From positions 222,766,001-222,830,000 of the forward strand of contig NC_091472.1 of the NCBI RefSeq assembly GCF_036971445.1: a stretch of DNA of 64,000 nucleotides. The letters are read 5' to 3'. Origin of the DNA: Narcine bancroftii (lineage: Eukaryota). The translations under genes were made by a program, and so were the position numbers. Of this stretch, positions 24,690 to 38,704 are shown one piece after another; the first letter of the stretch is position 1; the number at the start of each line of letters is the position of its first letter. The notes beneath the pieces were generated by a model. It did not search any database and was not told where the DNA came from. It saw only the letters and a list, made by a program, of their open reading frames with translations.

Positions 24690-26693
24690 AGACCCCAATC
24701 AGAGCAGATTGGCAACATCACCTCCACTTCCTCCTCTCTGATTGTCAACATGGGCCACATGTTTAGTCCCCTACTTTATTCCCTCTAAACTCGTGATTGC
24801 ATAGCCAGGTAGACTCCAACGCAATCTATGAATTTGTTGTTGACACCCCCACTGTTGGTTGAATGACGAGTAATGATGAATCAGAATATAGGCTGGAGAT
24901 CAAGAATTACGTTGTGTGCTGCTAGAACAATAATCTTGCTCTCCACATCAATAAGACCAAGGAGGTTATGTTGGACTTCAGTAAAAGATGGCCGAGGGAC
25001 CACCCACGTCTTCTTTGATGGGTCGGCAATTGAAAGGGTTAGTACATTCAAGTTTCTGGGGGTCCACATAACGGGGACCTTTCCTGGATCCAGCACATCA
25101 AAATCACCAGGCAGAAAGCCCACTCACACCTCTACTTTCTGTGTAGTCTGAGGAAATTCGACATGTCATTGAATATGAGATTTCTGCAGGTGAATTGTCA
25201 AAAGTATACAGACTGGTTGCATCGTGGCCTTTTCAGAAACTTCAGATCAGGTTTCACATTTCAGATTTATTGTCAGAGTATATACATGACATCACATATC
25301 ACATACAACCCTGACATTCTTTTTCTGCGGACGAGAAAGAATTGCCACTTGTTAGTAGTGCAAAAAAAAACTGTACATGAGCGAATACATGTAAACAAAT
25401 AAAGAACTGTAAACAGAACAAATATAAACAAACTGTGCAATACAGAGAAAATAAAAATATCAATAAAGTGCACAAGTAAGAGTCCTTAAATGAGTCCCTC
25501 ATTGAGTTTGTTGTTGAGGAGTCTAAATGTGGAGGGGTAGCAGCTGTTCCTGAACCTGGTGGTACGAGTCTTCTGGCACCTGTACCTCTTTCCTGATGGC
25601 AGCAGCGAGAACAGAATGTGTGCTGGGTGGTGTGGATCCTTGATGATTGCTTCTGCTCTCTGATGGCAGAGTTCCCTGTAGATCTTCTTGATAGTGGGGT
25701 GGATTTTACCTGTGATGTCCCCGGCTGTGTCCACTACCTTTTGGAGGGCTTTACGCTCAAGGGTATTGTTATCTCCATATGCAGCCGGTCAGCACACTTT
25801 CCATTACACATCTGTAGAAATATGTCAGGGTTTCCAATGTCATACCAAACCTCTGCAAACTCCTGAGGAAGTAGGGGCATTGATGTGTTTTCTTCAAGAT
25901 GCCATTAGTGTGTTGGGTCCAGGAAAGCTCCTCTGAGATAGAGTCGCAAGAACTTAAATTTGCTCATTCTCTCCACCTCTGATCCCCCAGTGATCACTGG
26001 ATTGTAAACCTCTGGTTTTCCTTTCCTGAAGTCAACAATCAGCTCCTTAGTTTTGGTGACATTGAGTGTGAAGTTGTTGTTGGTGCACCATTCAGCCAAG
26101 TTTTCAATCTCTCTCCTGTAAGCTGGCTTATCACCTTTCTTTATATAACTCAATACTGTGGTATCATTGCCAAATTTGTAGATGGTGTATTTGTCATTCC
26201 GTGCCACATAGTCTTAGGTTAAAGTAAGTAGAATGCCCAGGAATGCAGAAAATGGCAAACCTAGTCAATTCCATCACTGGCACCAATATCCTGTCCATTG
26301 AAAACATCTACCTCAAGAAGGCAGCCAACATCATAAAGGATCCCTGTCACCGCAGTCATAATTTATTTTTGTTTCTGCCTTCAGGCATAAGCTACAGAAG
26401 CTTGATGTCCAGCACCTCTGGGTTCAAGAACATTTTTTTTTCTAACAGCTATCAAGCTCTTGAACCTCTTGTACTACCTGAACCCTATCCAGAAACTACT
26501 CCAAAGGATCTGTCTGCACTATTGAAATATGCCTTTTTTCTCTTGCTTTATCTGCAGCTGTGAATATTTATCTGTTGTTGATTTTCTTTCTGTCTTTGCC
26601 TATTGTAGTAATTTAGTTTATGCTTGTGTAGCTGATGTACCTATTAAACTACAGCACGCAAGAAATTCAGTGCTTCTGCACTCTACTTATGTC
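24690..26693 (+). mobile_element. Rex1/Babar LINE split by a nested minus-strand Rex1 (~25243-26230)
   Basis: The plus copy reads ...GCIVAFFRN | NAQE.MQKMANLVNSITG across the insert. The minus copy encodes YKFGNDTTV..IENLAEWC..NVTKTKELIVDFRK. Confidence 0.8.
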
Positions 26694-28662
26694 TGGAATA
26701 TGAAGTGTGCTCTTCACAAGTCCATGATACTCCTTTTGGTGACATCCTACCTTACTTGGACCTCTTTTGTGAACTGGAGGTCTTTGCCCTCCCAGGGACA
26801 AATTACTCTCTGTCTCCATATTTTTCAATTGGCCATCACTGGAAACAACCCCTTGAGATTGATCCTACCTTGCCTCCATTCCGCACAACATGCCAGTGCT
26901 TGAAGTTCAGCAGTAGTTCCTGTACCTAATTCCGCGGGGCCCTGTTCTAAATCTCAGTCTGGGTTTCCTTTCTGGCTCCCATCCTTACAGAGAGGATGGT
27001 GGAAGTGGTTGTTGGTGGGGTACAAGTTTAAGAGTTTGATTTCTAAGAAATATAATTTGAGAGCATCTTTTCCATGGAAAATTACACGCTAGTTCTGGAC
27101 ATCTGGCATTGAAATGGAAAATAAATTCTCAACTTTCTAACTGGTTTCTGTATGATTCATGTGATACTCAAAATCTCATTTAACGTCTGATATATGTACC
27201 TAATTTCAACTTGTTGCAGATCTTTTCATTCTTGCATTTTCCCGAACAGTCAGATGATTTTCCTTTTGTTTTGCAGTAATCTGTATGTGTTAAATGTTAC
27301 ACTTGTACAGAAATATGGGGCATAAATGCCAGCAATTGTTGTTGACAATGGAGAATATGTAGAAGCATCCATTTAAAACAAACACCAGATAGAGGAGATA
27401 TGAAGAGGGAATCTCAGAGATTGGTTCATAAGATGGATGTTTTAGAGAAGCTTAAGGGAAGGGCAGAGGGAGGTTTCAGATGGAAATTTTGGAGTTCTGG
27501 GTCAGATAGTTGATGCATAAATGCCAATGGACATAATGTCATCTTCCTGGAGCAGCTCTTTTATCCCACCTTGTCCATGTCAATCATCAAGTTCCTATCC
27601 ACACTAATTCCATTTGTCAGTACTTGACTCTTGGACTTCTGTGCTTTTTGCAACTCAAATGTGATTGAAATACTTAAGTACAATAATAGCTGCTTCCACC
27701 AGCCTCTGGAGCAATCTGTCCGCATTCCACCCACCCTCAAGGTGAGCAAATTGTTCTTTTGCACCACTCCAAACCTCCTCCTACCTCTAACCTTCAATCT
27801 ATTTCTGTTCTAGTTTTAGACCTATGCTGTGGGAAAAAAGTTTCCTGCTGTCTGCCCCATCCACGCCTCATAATTTTGTATCTCAATCAGGATCTCCCCC
27901 TTCAGGCTCTTCTTCAAGGAAATAAGTGTTTAAAAAAAAAAGTATGAGGTTAGAATTAAAGTTCTGTTAATATCTTCTGTATCTAATCCATTGCATAAAA
28001 TTACTATTTTTTTATATTAAATGTACCATACAGGCTTTTTAAAACATTCATAGAATTAGAATTTTTTTTGTGTTCATTTGTTTTGGCTTCTGAGTGTGAC
28101 AAATTTTAATAAATGCCACGTCAGTTTCAAATGAAGATGCGGCAGGATGGCCATATATTTTTGGTTAGGGGCCACATACAGAAAATTATAAGGAGTCACG
28201 GGGCAAATAATATTAAGCCTGGCAGTTTACAACCAGTTACACTGTAAGAAAAATAGTGTTTTTTAAACCAGAAAGCTCTTGTGCCATCGAAAATTCATTT
28301 TCTTTCAAAGTAACTACACGACATTACTGAACAGTTTAACTGTTGACATTTTATTGATGTGCTCACATAATTACAGGAGGCATTTCTGTATCTGCTGCGC
28401 TGAAATTTAATTTAAATGAATACTACTAATTCTGTTATCATGAATTTCTTAGTGATGTGTTGGATGACGAAAGAAGTCGCCGAATAAAAAGTAAATGCAA
28501 TCTACAATACAGAATCTTATCTTTTCATGGGGTAGTATTGAACAAGAATTAAATTATGTTGTCTGATGGTTATTTTTGGCATCCTTTAAGGTGACCGAGT
28601 GAATCACGTACATTTGCAATGCATTTAGAATTGCTGTTCTCACAATATTTTTATTTCATCAG

Positions 28663-28812
28663 GAGCTGGAGGTAGCAGTACAGGAAAGGAATGACATAAT
28701 TGGTCAGTTAACCGATAACCTGCAGCAAGCCATTCGGAACAGAGATGAGATACAGCAGGAAGCCTTGGAGTTAACAGACCAAATTCAGTCTCTCCAGCAC
28801 CAATTGCAGCAG
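28663..28812 (+). CDS. PCNT: PCNT exon 4 (ELEVAVQERNDIIGQLTDNLQQAIRNRDE...LQQ)
   Basis: catcag acceptor, CAG|gtacta donor; 150 nt; AKAP9-like sequence. Confidence 0.88.
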
Positions 28813-29019
28813 GTACTACCTTCACGTATATTGTATTTCACAATGCAGGCCCTTGGAGAGAAAGTTGAAGTTTGACTGTCACTTTTCCACCAATACAGAA
28901 TAACAAAGAACTTTAGGTGTTCAGAAGGCTCTGATCTGCAAGTTGCCAATAGGTCGTATCTTTGGCAGTTCAAAATATCAAATATTTCCAAATTGATTTT
29001 AATTAAATTATACATTTAA

Positions 29020-29280
29020 TTAAATTTGGGCATACAGTATGGTAACAGGCCATTTAGGCCCAAGAGTCCATGCTGCCCAATTTATATCCAATTAACCTAT
29101 ATCCCCAGTACGTTTTGAACAGTGGGAGGAAACTGGAGCCCCCAGAAATAAAAAAAAACACACAGTCCTAGGGAGAACGAATGAACTCCATACAGACAGC
29201 GCAGGATTTGAACCTCATCTTGTCCCGGTCACTGGCACTGTAAAGGTGTTGCACTAACCACTACACCAGCCGTGCTGCCC
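29020..29280 (-). mobile_element. V-SINE (HE1-like), near full length
   Basis: 5' GGGCAGCACGGCTGGTGTAGTGGTTAG (A box), GGTTCAAATCC (B box), V-domain and tail. Confidence 0.8.
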
Positions 29281-30258
29281 AGTGCTGAATGCTGGTTGAA
29301 ATCTTTCTTCTCTGATCCCGTTTTTATAAGAGCAATTTAACTTCATTTTGCATTGTTGGAGAGAGAAAAGGTGAAGTTTTTTTTCTCTTTCTCTCTCTTC
29401 CCCCCCACCCCTCCCCTCCTCTCTCTCCCTTGTGGTGGGAAGGGAACTTTAAATGTGTCATATTGCCTGATCCGTGGATATGGTTGGTAGTAAATGAATG
29501 CAAGAGTGATGGTGAATGGGGCTGCAGAGACTGCAGGTGAGGTGTAAGCAGGTAGAATGAGATGCTGTGAAGAATGTGTAATCTGGCAAGCAAAATAGTT
29601 CAATGAGATGATCAAGTTTGGAGACAGAAAAATGGATCAGGGATTTTGCCAGCAGATAGGTTGAGAGGGAAGGGTGAAGCTGAGAACAAATTCAGAAGTA
29701 ACACGCTAAGCAATAAACAGGATATATGATGTGAAGCTTAGTTTTGGTTCAAGCAGATGGACAGATCATGAGAAACATGACTGAAAGCATTTCCCAGTAC
29801 TTTGTAGGAGAAAATATTTGTACTAGTAAGCTGTGGTGTGATAAATTGGTTGCAGTGGTGGGCGCTGATGATGTTGATCTTGAAAATTGAATATTGACCA
29901 AACATTTGGAAACCTTGTGTCATTTCATCAGATGACATAACCAATCCAGATCAGAAACAAGAGCCAAGAATATCCTTGGAAGCCTGCAGAATTAGTTTTT
30001 GTTTTTTTAAATTTTTTTTTTATTTTTCACACCATAAACCACATTGATCATGATACATACATTTTCCTTTTCAAATATATACAGTGTCATTTTCTCCCCC
30101 CCCTCCTCCCATCCTACCCTCCCTACCTCCCCCCCCCATCCATTTAAAGTACAAAATCTAAGATACATTAAACCAGTCAAACAATGTTGTCATTCCATAA
30201 AAATAAACAAGAAATTCTACTGAGTCAATTCTTTTCATTTCCTTCTCCTTTCGTTAAT

Positions 30259-33200
30259 TTAGGTAGTGAATGTCCCCGGTAGGTTTTCTCTATTGTGTTT
30301 CATGTAAGGCTCCCATATTTGTTCAAATATTTCAATATTATTTCTTAAACTATATGTTATTTTTTCTAATGGAATACATTTATTCATTTCTATATACCAT
30401 TGTTGTATTTTCAAATTCTCTTCCAATTTCCAGGTTGACATAATACATTTTTTTGCTACGGCTAGAGCTATCTTAACAAATCTTTTTTGTGCACCATCCA
30501 AATCAATTCCAAATTCTTTGTTTTTTATGTTACTTAGGAGGAAGATCTCTGGATTTTTTGGTATATTGTTTTCTGTAATTTTATTTAATATTTGGTTTAG
30601 ATCTTCCCAAAATTTTTCTACTTTCTCACATGTCCAGATTGCATGAATTGTTGTTCCCATTTCTTTTTTACATCGAAAACATCTATCAGATACTGTTGGG
30701 TCCCATTTATTTAACTTTTGAGGTGTAATGTATAGCCTGTGTATCCAGTTATATTGTATCATACGTAACCTCGTATTTATTGTATTTCTTATCGTTCCAG
30801 AACATAATTTCTCCCATGTTTCCTTTTTCATCTTTATATTTAAATCTTGTTCCCATTTTTGTTTAGTTTTACCATTTGTTTCCTCATTCTCCTTTTCTTG
30901 CAGTTTAATATACATATTTGTTATAAATCTTTTGATTATCATTGTATCTGTAATCACATATTCAAAGTTACTTCCCTCTGGTAACCTCAGACTGCTTCCT
31001 AATTTGTCCTTCAAGTAGGATCTCAATTGGTAATATGCCAGCACTGTATCTTGAGTTATATTGTATTTATCTTTCATTTGTTCAAAGGATAATAATCTAT
31101 TTCCTGAAAAACAATTTTCTATTCTTTTGATCCCTTTTTTCTCCCATTCTCTAAAGGAAAGGTTATCTATTGTAAAAGGGAGTAACTTATTTTGCGTCAA
31201 TATTAGTTTTGGTAATTGGTAATTTGTTTTATTCCTTTTTACATGAATCTTTTTCCAAATATTGAGTAGATGATGTAATACTGGTGAACTCCTACGTTGT
31301 ACCAATTTTTCATCCCATTTATATAATATGTGTTCAGGTATCTTTTCCCCTATTTTATCTAATTCTAATCTAGTCCAATCTGGCTTTTCCCTTGTTTGAT
31401 AAAAATCTGATAGGTTCTTAATTGTGCAGCTCTATAATAATTTTTAAAGTTTGGCAGTTGTAAGCCTCCTTGTTTATACCATTCTGTTAATTTATCTAGT
31501 GCTATCCTCGGTTTCCCCCCTTTCCATAAAAATTTCCTTATTATTTTCTTTAACTCCTTGAAGAATTTCTCTGTCAAGTGTATTGGCAATGCCTGAAATA
31601 GGTATAACATTTGGGAAAATGTTCATTTTAATGCAGTTTATCCTTCCTATTAGTGTTAATGGTAAATCTTTCCAATGCTCTAAATCGTCCTGTAATTTTT
31701 TCATTAGTGGATAATAATTGAGTTTATATAGATGGCCGAGATTTTTATTTATTTGTACACCTAGATATCTTATTGCTTGCATTTGCCATCTGAATGGTGA
31801 TTCCTTCTTAAATTTTGAGAAATCCGCATTATTCATTGGCATTGCTTCACTTTTATTTACGTTAATCTTGTAACCTGACACTTCTCCATATTCCTTCAAT
31901 TTCTTATATAATTCTTTTATTGATAGTTCTGGTTCTGTTAAGTATACTATAACATCATCCGCAAATAAACTGATTTTATATTCCTTGTCTTTTATTTTTA
32001 TCCCTTTTATATTATTTTCTGTTCTTATCAATTCTGCTAGTGGTTCTATAGCTAACGCGAACAATAAGGGTGATAGTGGGCATCCCTGCCGTGTTGACCT
32101 GCTTAAGTTAAATTGCTTTGATATATATCCATTTACTGTCACTTTCACCAATGTTTTAATCCAATTAATATACTTCTCTGGTAAACTGAATTTTTGCAAT
32201 ACTTTGAATAAATAATTCCATTCTACTCTGTCAAAGGCCTTCTCTGCGTCTAAAGCAACTGCTACTGTTGGCGCTTTACTCCCTTCTACTGCATGAATTA
32301 AGTTAATAAATTTACAAATATTGTCTGTGGTGCGTCTATTTTTAATAAATCCAGTTTGGTCTAGATTTACCATTTTCGGTACATACTCTGCTAATCTGTT
32401 TGCTAATAGTTTAGCTATTATCTTATAATCTGTGTTAAGTAATGATATTGGTCTATATGACACTGGTGCGAGTGGATCTTTCCCTTGCTTTAGTATTACT
32501 GTAATTATTGCTGTTTTACATGAATCTGGTAAGCTTTGTGTTTTATCAATCTGGTTGATTACTTCCAGGAGGGGAGGAATTAATAAATCTTTAAATGTTT
32601 TATAGAATTCTATTGGGAATCCATCCTCTCCTGGTGTTTTATTATTTGGTAATTTTTTTTATTATCTCTTGTATTTCTACTATTTCAATTGGTTCTGTTA
32701 ATTTATTTTGTTCCTCTATTTGTAATTTTGGTAGTTCAATTTTAGTTAAAAATTCATCTATTTTGCCTTCTTTCCCTTCGTTTTCAGTTTGGTATAATTG
32801 TTCGTAGAATTCTCTAAAGTTTTCCTTGATCTCTGTTGGATTATATGTGATTTGTTTATCTTTTTTCCTTGATGCCAATACCATTTTCTTAGCTTGTTCT
32901 GTCTTAAGCTGCCATGCTAGAATTTTGTGCGTTTTTTCCCCTAATTCATAATATTTCTGTTTTGTCTTCATTATGTTCTTCACCACCTTATATGTTTGTA
33001 GTGTTTCATATTTTATTTTTTTATCTGCCAATTCTCTTCTTTTAGTTGTATCTTCCTTCATTGCTAATTATTTTTCTATATTTACTATTTCCCTTTCCAA
33101 CTGCTCTGTTTCCTGATTATAGTCCTTCTTCATCTTGGTTACATAACTTATTATTTGCCCTCTAATGAACGCTTTCATTGCATCCCATAGTATAAACTTA

Positions 33201-34039
33201 TCTTTCACTGATTCCGTATTTATTTCAAAGTACATTTTAATATGTCTTTCAATGAATTCTCTAAATTCCTGCCTTTTAAGTAGCATGGAGTTTAATCTCC
33301 ATCTATACATTCTTGGAGGGATGTCCTCTAACTCTATTGTCAATATCAAGGGTGAATGGTCCGATAATATTCTAGCTTTATATTCTGTTTTTCTTACTCT
33401 ATCTTGCATACGAGCTGATAACAAAAATAGGTCTATTCTTGAGTATGTTTTATGTCTACCCGAGTAATATGAATATTCCTTTTCATTTGGGTGTTGTTTC
33501 CTCCATATATCCAAAAGTTGCATTTCTTCCATCGATTTAATTATAAATTTGGTTACTTTGTTCTTTCTGTTAATTTTTTTCCCAGTTTCGTCCATATTTC
33601 AATCGAAATTCAGGTTGAAATACCCTCCTATTAATATGTTCCCTTGCATATCTGCTATCTTCAAAAAAATATCTTGCATAAACTTTTGATCTTCTTCGTT
33701 AGGTGAATATACATTGAGTAGATTCCAAAACTCCGAATATATCTGACATTTTATCATTACATATCTCCCTGCTGGATCTATTATTTCCTCTTCTATTTTA
33801 ATTGGCACATTTTTACTAATTAATATAGCTACTCCTCTTGTTTTTGAATTATACGACGATGCTGTTACGTGTCCTACCCAATCTCTCTTTAATTTCTTGT
33901 GCTCCATTTCAGTTAAATGTGTTTCTTGCACAAATGCTATATCAATTTTTTCTTTTTTCAGTAAATTTAGCAGTTTCTTCCTTTTAATTTGGTTATGTAT
34001 TCCATTAATATTTAAAGTCATATAGTTCAGCATAGCCAT
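30259..34039 (-). pseudogene. L1 ORF2 (APE endonuclease, RT, CCHC) broken by a few frameshifts
   Basis: LNINGI, VQETHL, YSRID, SDH, YRPISLLNTDYK, LDAEKAFD, RQGCPLSP, LFADD and CFRC..H..WTC in six consecutive ORF pieces. Confidence 0.93.
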
Positions 34040-34544
34040 TTCATACTTTGTTTATCTTCCCTTTCCGTTTCTCCATCATCACCTTTCCTTCTTATCCCTT
34101 TCTGCTTTCTTGTTTTGAACTCTTTATAAGACAACATTTCTAAAACATCAAACATTTTCCTTATTCTCTTATTTAAAACTTCTTTAACCCCATTCTCCCC
34201 TCCCCCTCCTGAGTTGCCCTTTATCCCTTGTTGGGCAACCACATCTCCCCTCTCCATTTGGATTTGCGAATTCACTCGCAAGCGTCAACTGATTTTGTAA
34301 TGACCGTAACTCCTCCCCACCCAGCCCCACCCAGAAAAGATTTCAATTTTCATATGTAACAAAGGTCACTCTTTTAATTCCCTCCTTATTCCCTCTATTC
34401 CCTTTCCCTCCCTTATTAATTCTTGTCTATACTCTATATATTTTCCTCTAAATACGGATACATTCATGTATACACACTATATATATATACACACATATAC
34501 CCCTTTACACACATACATATAGTTCGTGGTCATTTTTACTCTCA

Positions 34545-35755
34545 TTACATGTCTTCATCTCTCTGCTTGTTTTGTAGTTGTTCTGCAAATTTCCTTGCTT
34601 CCTCTGGATCCGAGAATAGTCTGTTTTGTTGCCCTGGAATAACTATTTTAAGTACCGCTGGGTACTTTAACATAAATTTATATCCTTTTTTGCATAAGAT
34701 TGTTTTTGCTGTATTGAACTCCTTCCTCTTCTTCAGGAGTTCAAAACTTATGTCTGGATAGAAAAAAATTTTTTGACCTTTATTTTCCAGTGGCTTTTTG
34801 TCCTCTCTTACTTTCTTCATTGCTTTCTCCAATATATTTTCTCTTGTTGTATATCTTAAGAATTTTACTAAAATGGATCTTGGTTTTTGCTGCGGTTGTG
34901 GTTTCGGGGCTAAAGTTCTATGTGCCCTCTCTATTTCCATTTCTTCCTGTAATTCTGGTCTTCCTAGGACCCTGGGGATCCAATCTTTTATAAATTCTCT
35001 CATATTCTTGCCTTCTTCATCTTCCTTAAGGCCCACTATCTTTATATTATTTCTTCTATTATAGTTTTCTATTATATCTATCTTCTGAGCTAACATCTCA
35101 TGTGCCACTTTAACTTTTTTATTAGATTCTTCTAATTTCTCTTTTAATTCCTCTACTTCCATTTCTACAATTGTTTCTCGTTCTTCCATATTTTCCACTC
35201 TTTTTCCTATCTCTGACATGGCCATTTCCATTTTATTCATTTTTTCTTCTGCATTCTTAATTCTTCTTTTTTCTCATTAAATTCTTGTAATTGCCATTCT
35301 TTCACTGATTCCATATATTCTTTAAAAAAAGATACATCCATTGTCTTGCCTTTCTCTTCTTCTTCCACTTCTTTCTGTTCTTCTTCTTCCTCTGGATTGA
35401 CCATCTGTTGTTTCCTTGTTTTCTTTTTACCCTCTTCTTTCTTCTTGTCGTTATTGTCTGTGTTCTGCACCTGCTGCTGTGCTGCAGGTGTCTCTCTCAG
35501 CTGTGGAGATCGACTCCGCAGCTGTTCCCCCCTCCCGTCAATGTGTTTTTTTTTCATGCGCGGTTGCGCACTTTTACTCGGCTCTGTGAGCCATTTTTGT
35601 AGTCCCGAGCCCGGGACTTCCACTGACCTGAGGGAGCGAGCTTCTCTCTCCGCGGCGGGCCTCTTCGGACAGATAAGGCCTTCACCTTCTTCTTCCGACA
35701 TTCTTTCTTCCTCTTTTCTTCCCGTTGTTTTCGACTTTTCTCTCTTCGCTGCCAT
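34545..35755 (-). pseudogene. L1 ORF1 with one 1-nt frameshift near 35270
   Basis: Coiled coil plus ENYNRRNNIKIVGL, IERAHR and KYPAVL. The sibling copy at 63301 has the extra base that restores the frame. Confidence 0.9.
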
Positions 35756-36167
35756 TTTCTTCTCACCTTTATTTTTACTTTATTATAAATTTTAATCTTG
35801 TACCTTTGTGCTTTGTGTGTTTTTTTTTAAACTTTTCGGTAGAGGGCTGGAATTCCCTGACCGGTCACTACTCCATCACGTGACTCCCCCAGCCTGCAGA
35901 ATTAGTTCAAAACATTTTCTCTTCACAGCTGTTGCATAAGTTTCAAAGTAATCCCAATTTTTTGTTGTTGCTTTTTTAAAAAATTTAATTTTCCACAACT
36001 TTTTCATTCTTGCTTAATATATTGCTGATAAGAAAGCTTGTCAAGTGATAAGACAAAATACACTCCGTTAATGTGTCTGCTGAACATTTTAGATATTTAT
36101 TATTGGGCCGTCATGACAATATGGTGAGGTCTGAACTGATCCCTGGTTATTGTGTGGTGATCAAATA

Positions 36168-36415
36168 CAGGAACACAATCCTTTATCTGGACATCTAAAA
36201 TCCTAAAAGCTCCAAAAACCGGCAAGTGGGCAGGCGAGGGGGAGAGACCGGCAACGCGAATTGGGTGGGCGGGCGGGGAGGGGGAGACGGCAGCGCAACT
36301 GGAAGGGGGTGGGGGTGAATATGACAGCACAATACGGGTTGGTTCTGGCTTTCCGAAATCTGGAAAAATTCAGAACACACTGTCCCCCAAGAGTTCCAGA
36401 TAAAGGATAATGTCT
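36168..36415. mobile_element. Tigger-like MITE
   Basis: TA|CAG start; inverted ATCCTTTATCTGGA/TCCAGATAAAGGAT. Confidence 0.55.
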
Positions 36416-36780
36416 CATTAAAGGTGAACTGCCTCACTGAAAAATGGACTCCAAGAATGATATAAGCAATAAAAGCTCCCAGTTACCGAGGTTTTTTATG
36501 TGTCACCAACTGTAAGGGACATGCATCAAAAACAATATATCGATTGCTGGAAAACTCTTTGTCGGATCCTTGCACCAGTCTTTTCAATACCCCACCCAAT
36601 TTCTTCACAGAGAAAATAATGTATTTTCATGTATTGCTTCCTGAGTTGTGATAGCTGGTTTGGGTTAAAAGCAAAGAGCAAATTTCAGCTCGCATTTAAA
36701 ATGATTTTGATACTTGCTCGAGAATTTCCACTGAAGAACTGTATTCATGAAGAATTTCCCTCTGTATTGCTGCTTTGTAG

Positions 36781-36945
36781 GCAAGTGACATTCTGAAAAA
36801 CAAAAGCCCAGGACTTGAGGAGCTGCTTCACGCTCAGCAACAGATATCTCTGTTCCAGCAGAGCCATAAAGACCAGTGTGACCTTATGGAAACACTTGAG
36901 CATAAAACACATGAACTGGAGCTTCAACTGGAATATTCAGAGCAG
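36781..36945 (+). CDS. PCNT: PCNT exon 5 (ASDILKNKSPGLEELLHAQQQI...YSEQ)
   Basis: ttgtag acceptor, CAG|gtgaga donor; 165 nt. Confidence 0.88.
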
Positions 36946-37073
36946 GTGAGAAAATAGCAAAATTTGTTGCAGTGGTTAACGCACAGAGAATTGTGAACTC
37001 TGCCAGTGCCATCAAGAGGTGGCGTCTTAAGAAAGCAGCCTCTCTCCTCAAGGACCCTTACCACCCAGGCCAT

Positions 37074-37620
37074 GATGAAGGGCTTGATGAAGGGCTCAAG
37101 CCCAAAACATTGGGTATGTATCTATATCTGTGCTCTACAAAGGACACTGTTTGACCTGCTGAGTTTCTCCAGCATTGTGTTTTTACATGCTGCATTCAAG
37201 CTGCTACCATTAGGAAGGAGGTGCAGGAGCCTAAAGACGAACATCCAATGGCACAAAACAACTTCTTCACCACTGCCATGGTTCATGAATGGACCATGAG
37301 CCACAGATACTATCTCGCTTTCTCTTCCATTCTGCTAATTGATTTATTTTTAAAATTTAATTTATAGCAATATTGCACCTGTAACACTTCTGCAAATCAA
37401 TGAATTTGTGACATGTTCATGACAATAAATTCTGATTCTGATATGTTGAAAAAACTCAGCAGGTCACACAGCAGTGATAGGAAGCTATTGGAAGTAAAGG
37501 AGAAACATTGTTTCGGGCTTGAGCCCTTTGTTACTTCTATGGATGCTGCGTGACCTGCTGAGTTTTTCCAGCACGCTTGTGTATTGCACTCAACCCTAGC
37601 ATCTCTAGGCTTTCTTGTTT
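37074..37620. mobile_element. Penelope-like terminal-repeat remnants (+ at 37074-37190; mixed orientation at 37440-37620) around a Rex1 3' fragment
   Basis: TGATGAAGGGCTCAAGCCC(G/A)AAAC...GACCTGCTGAGTTTCTCCAGCA motif; further copies at 41583, 49342 and 58950. Confidence 0.6.
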
Positions 37621-38704
37621 GGTGGTTAGCTCCTTAGTTGTCCACCATTCGCACCTCTTCCTATTTTTGTGTTAGTGTTTGACAATACTAATGTTTAGGT
37701 CTTGAGATCCTGTCAGTCAAGTATATTCATTAATCAAGACTTCTTTTCAAATAGTAATAAATTCCGATTTTAAATGACATAAATAACTTGAGTTCATTTC
37801 AAGAGATATTGAACTGAATAGCAGAGATCTAGTTTTAATTTACATGAGTTTGGAAAGCACAAATAAGATACAATTCATTTTGTTTCCGTTTTACAAAGGG
37901 TGGATTTGATAAGTTTCAAAATTAACCAGGTGGTGAAGAGAGGAATGAAAAACAGTGCTGAAAATACCTTGGAATAAAGATAGCAAACTGTTTGGGGAGA
38001 AACACAAAAGTCTGCAGATTGTAATAGAAACATGGAAATGCAGAGGAACTCAGCAGGACTTGCAGTGTTCATGGTACTGTATTATCTTGCATAGATTTCA
38101 TAATTTTTGCTGTCAGCAAATGTTCCCTGTGTTTGGATTCTAAAAAATGAGAATCGGTAATGGAAATTAGGATAAATTGTAGACTACTTAGCTAAAGTTA
38201 GCTGATCAGACATTGGAAGTGGCTTAATGCCAGTAAGGCAAGTCAGGCCAAATGGCTAATTTCTGTGCTGTTTATCTTTTGTGATACTTGTCATATAGGA
38301 TGTCTTGCAAAAACTATGGCACTGTTTTTCATCTCTCTCTTCACTCTCCTTTTCACCTCGTTTAACCTATGTTTTTAATTTTTTTTAATGCAGTCGGTAG
38401 AGAAGTGTGGAAGAACAAGAGAACTGTTTCAAATGGAAGTGGGCCCATAAACTTTGAGCAGAGTCCTGAGGGGGCCATAGCCAAAAAAAGGCTGAGAATG
38501 GCTAGTTTCGAGGGATATGGGCCAGTGCAAGTTGAGAAAAGCACTTTGGTTGGCATAGACAAGTTAGGGAGAAGGGCCTGTTTGCGTGCTGTAAAGTGTT
38601 TCATGGTAATGATAATCCTGTGTTGTCAAGTGGATGCATACTGATTTTGCAGGGAATCATGGAGTACTGAGCTTTTAATGCCATTTTCTTTGTTTCTTTT
38701 CAAG

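Larger units (their letters stand above)
29998..35890 (-). mobile_element. Full-length young L1 (family A, 5,893 bp)
   Basis: Perfect 17-bp TSD AGCCTGCAGAATTAGTT at 29981-29997 and 35891-35907. Poly-A tail, 5' end GGGGGAGTCACGTG, ORF1 plus ORF2. Confidence 0.97.

Noticed and set aside
28140-28630. Possible old hAT remnant before exon 4
   Set aside because: Only a weak subterminal resemblance; no matching TIR pair or TSD found.
29180-29280. tRNA gene (A and B boxes)
   Set aside because: It is the head of a V-SINE, with no cloverleaf.
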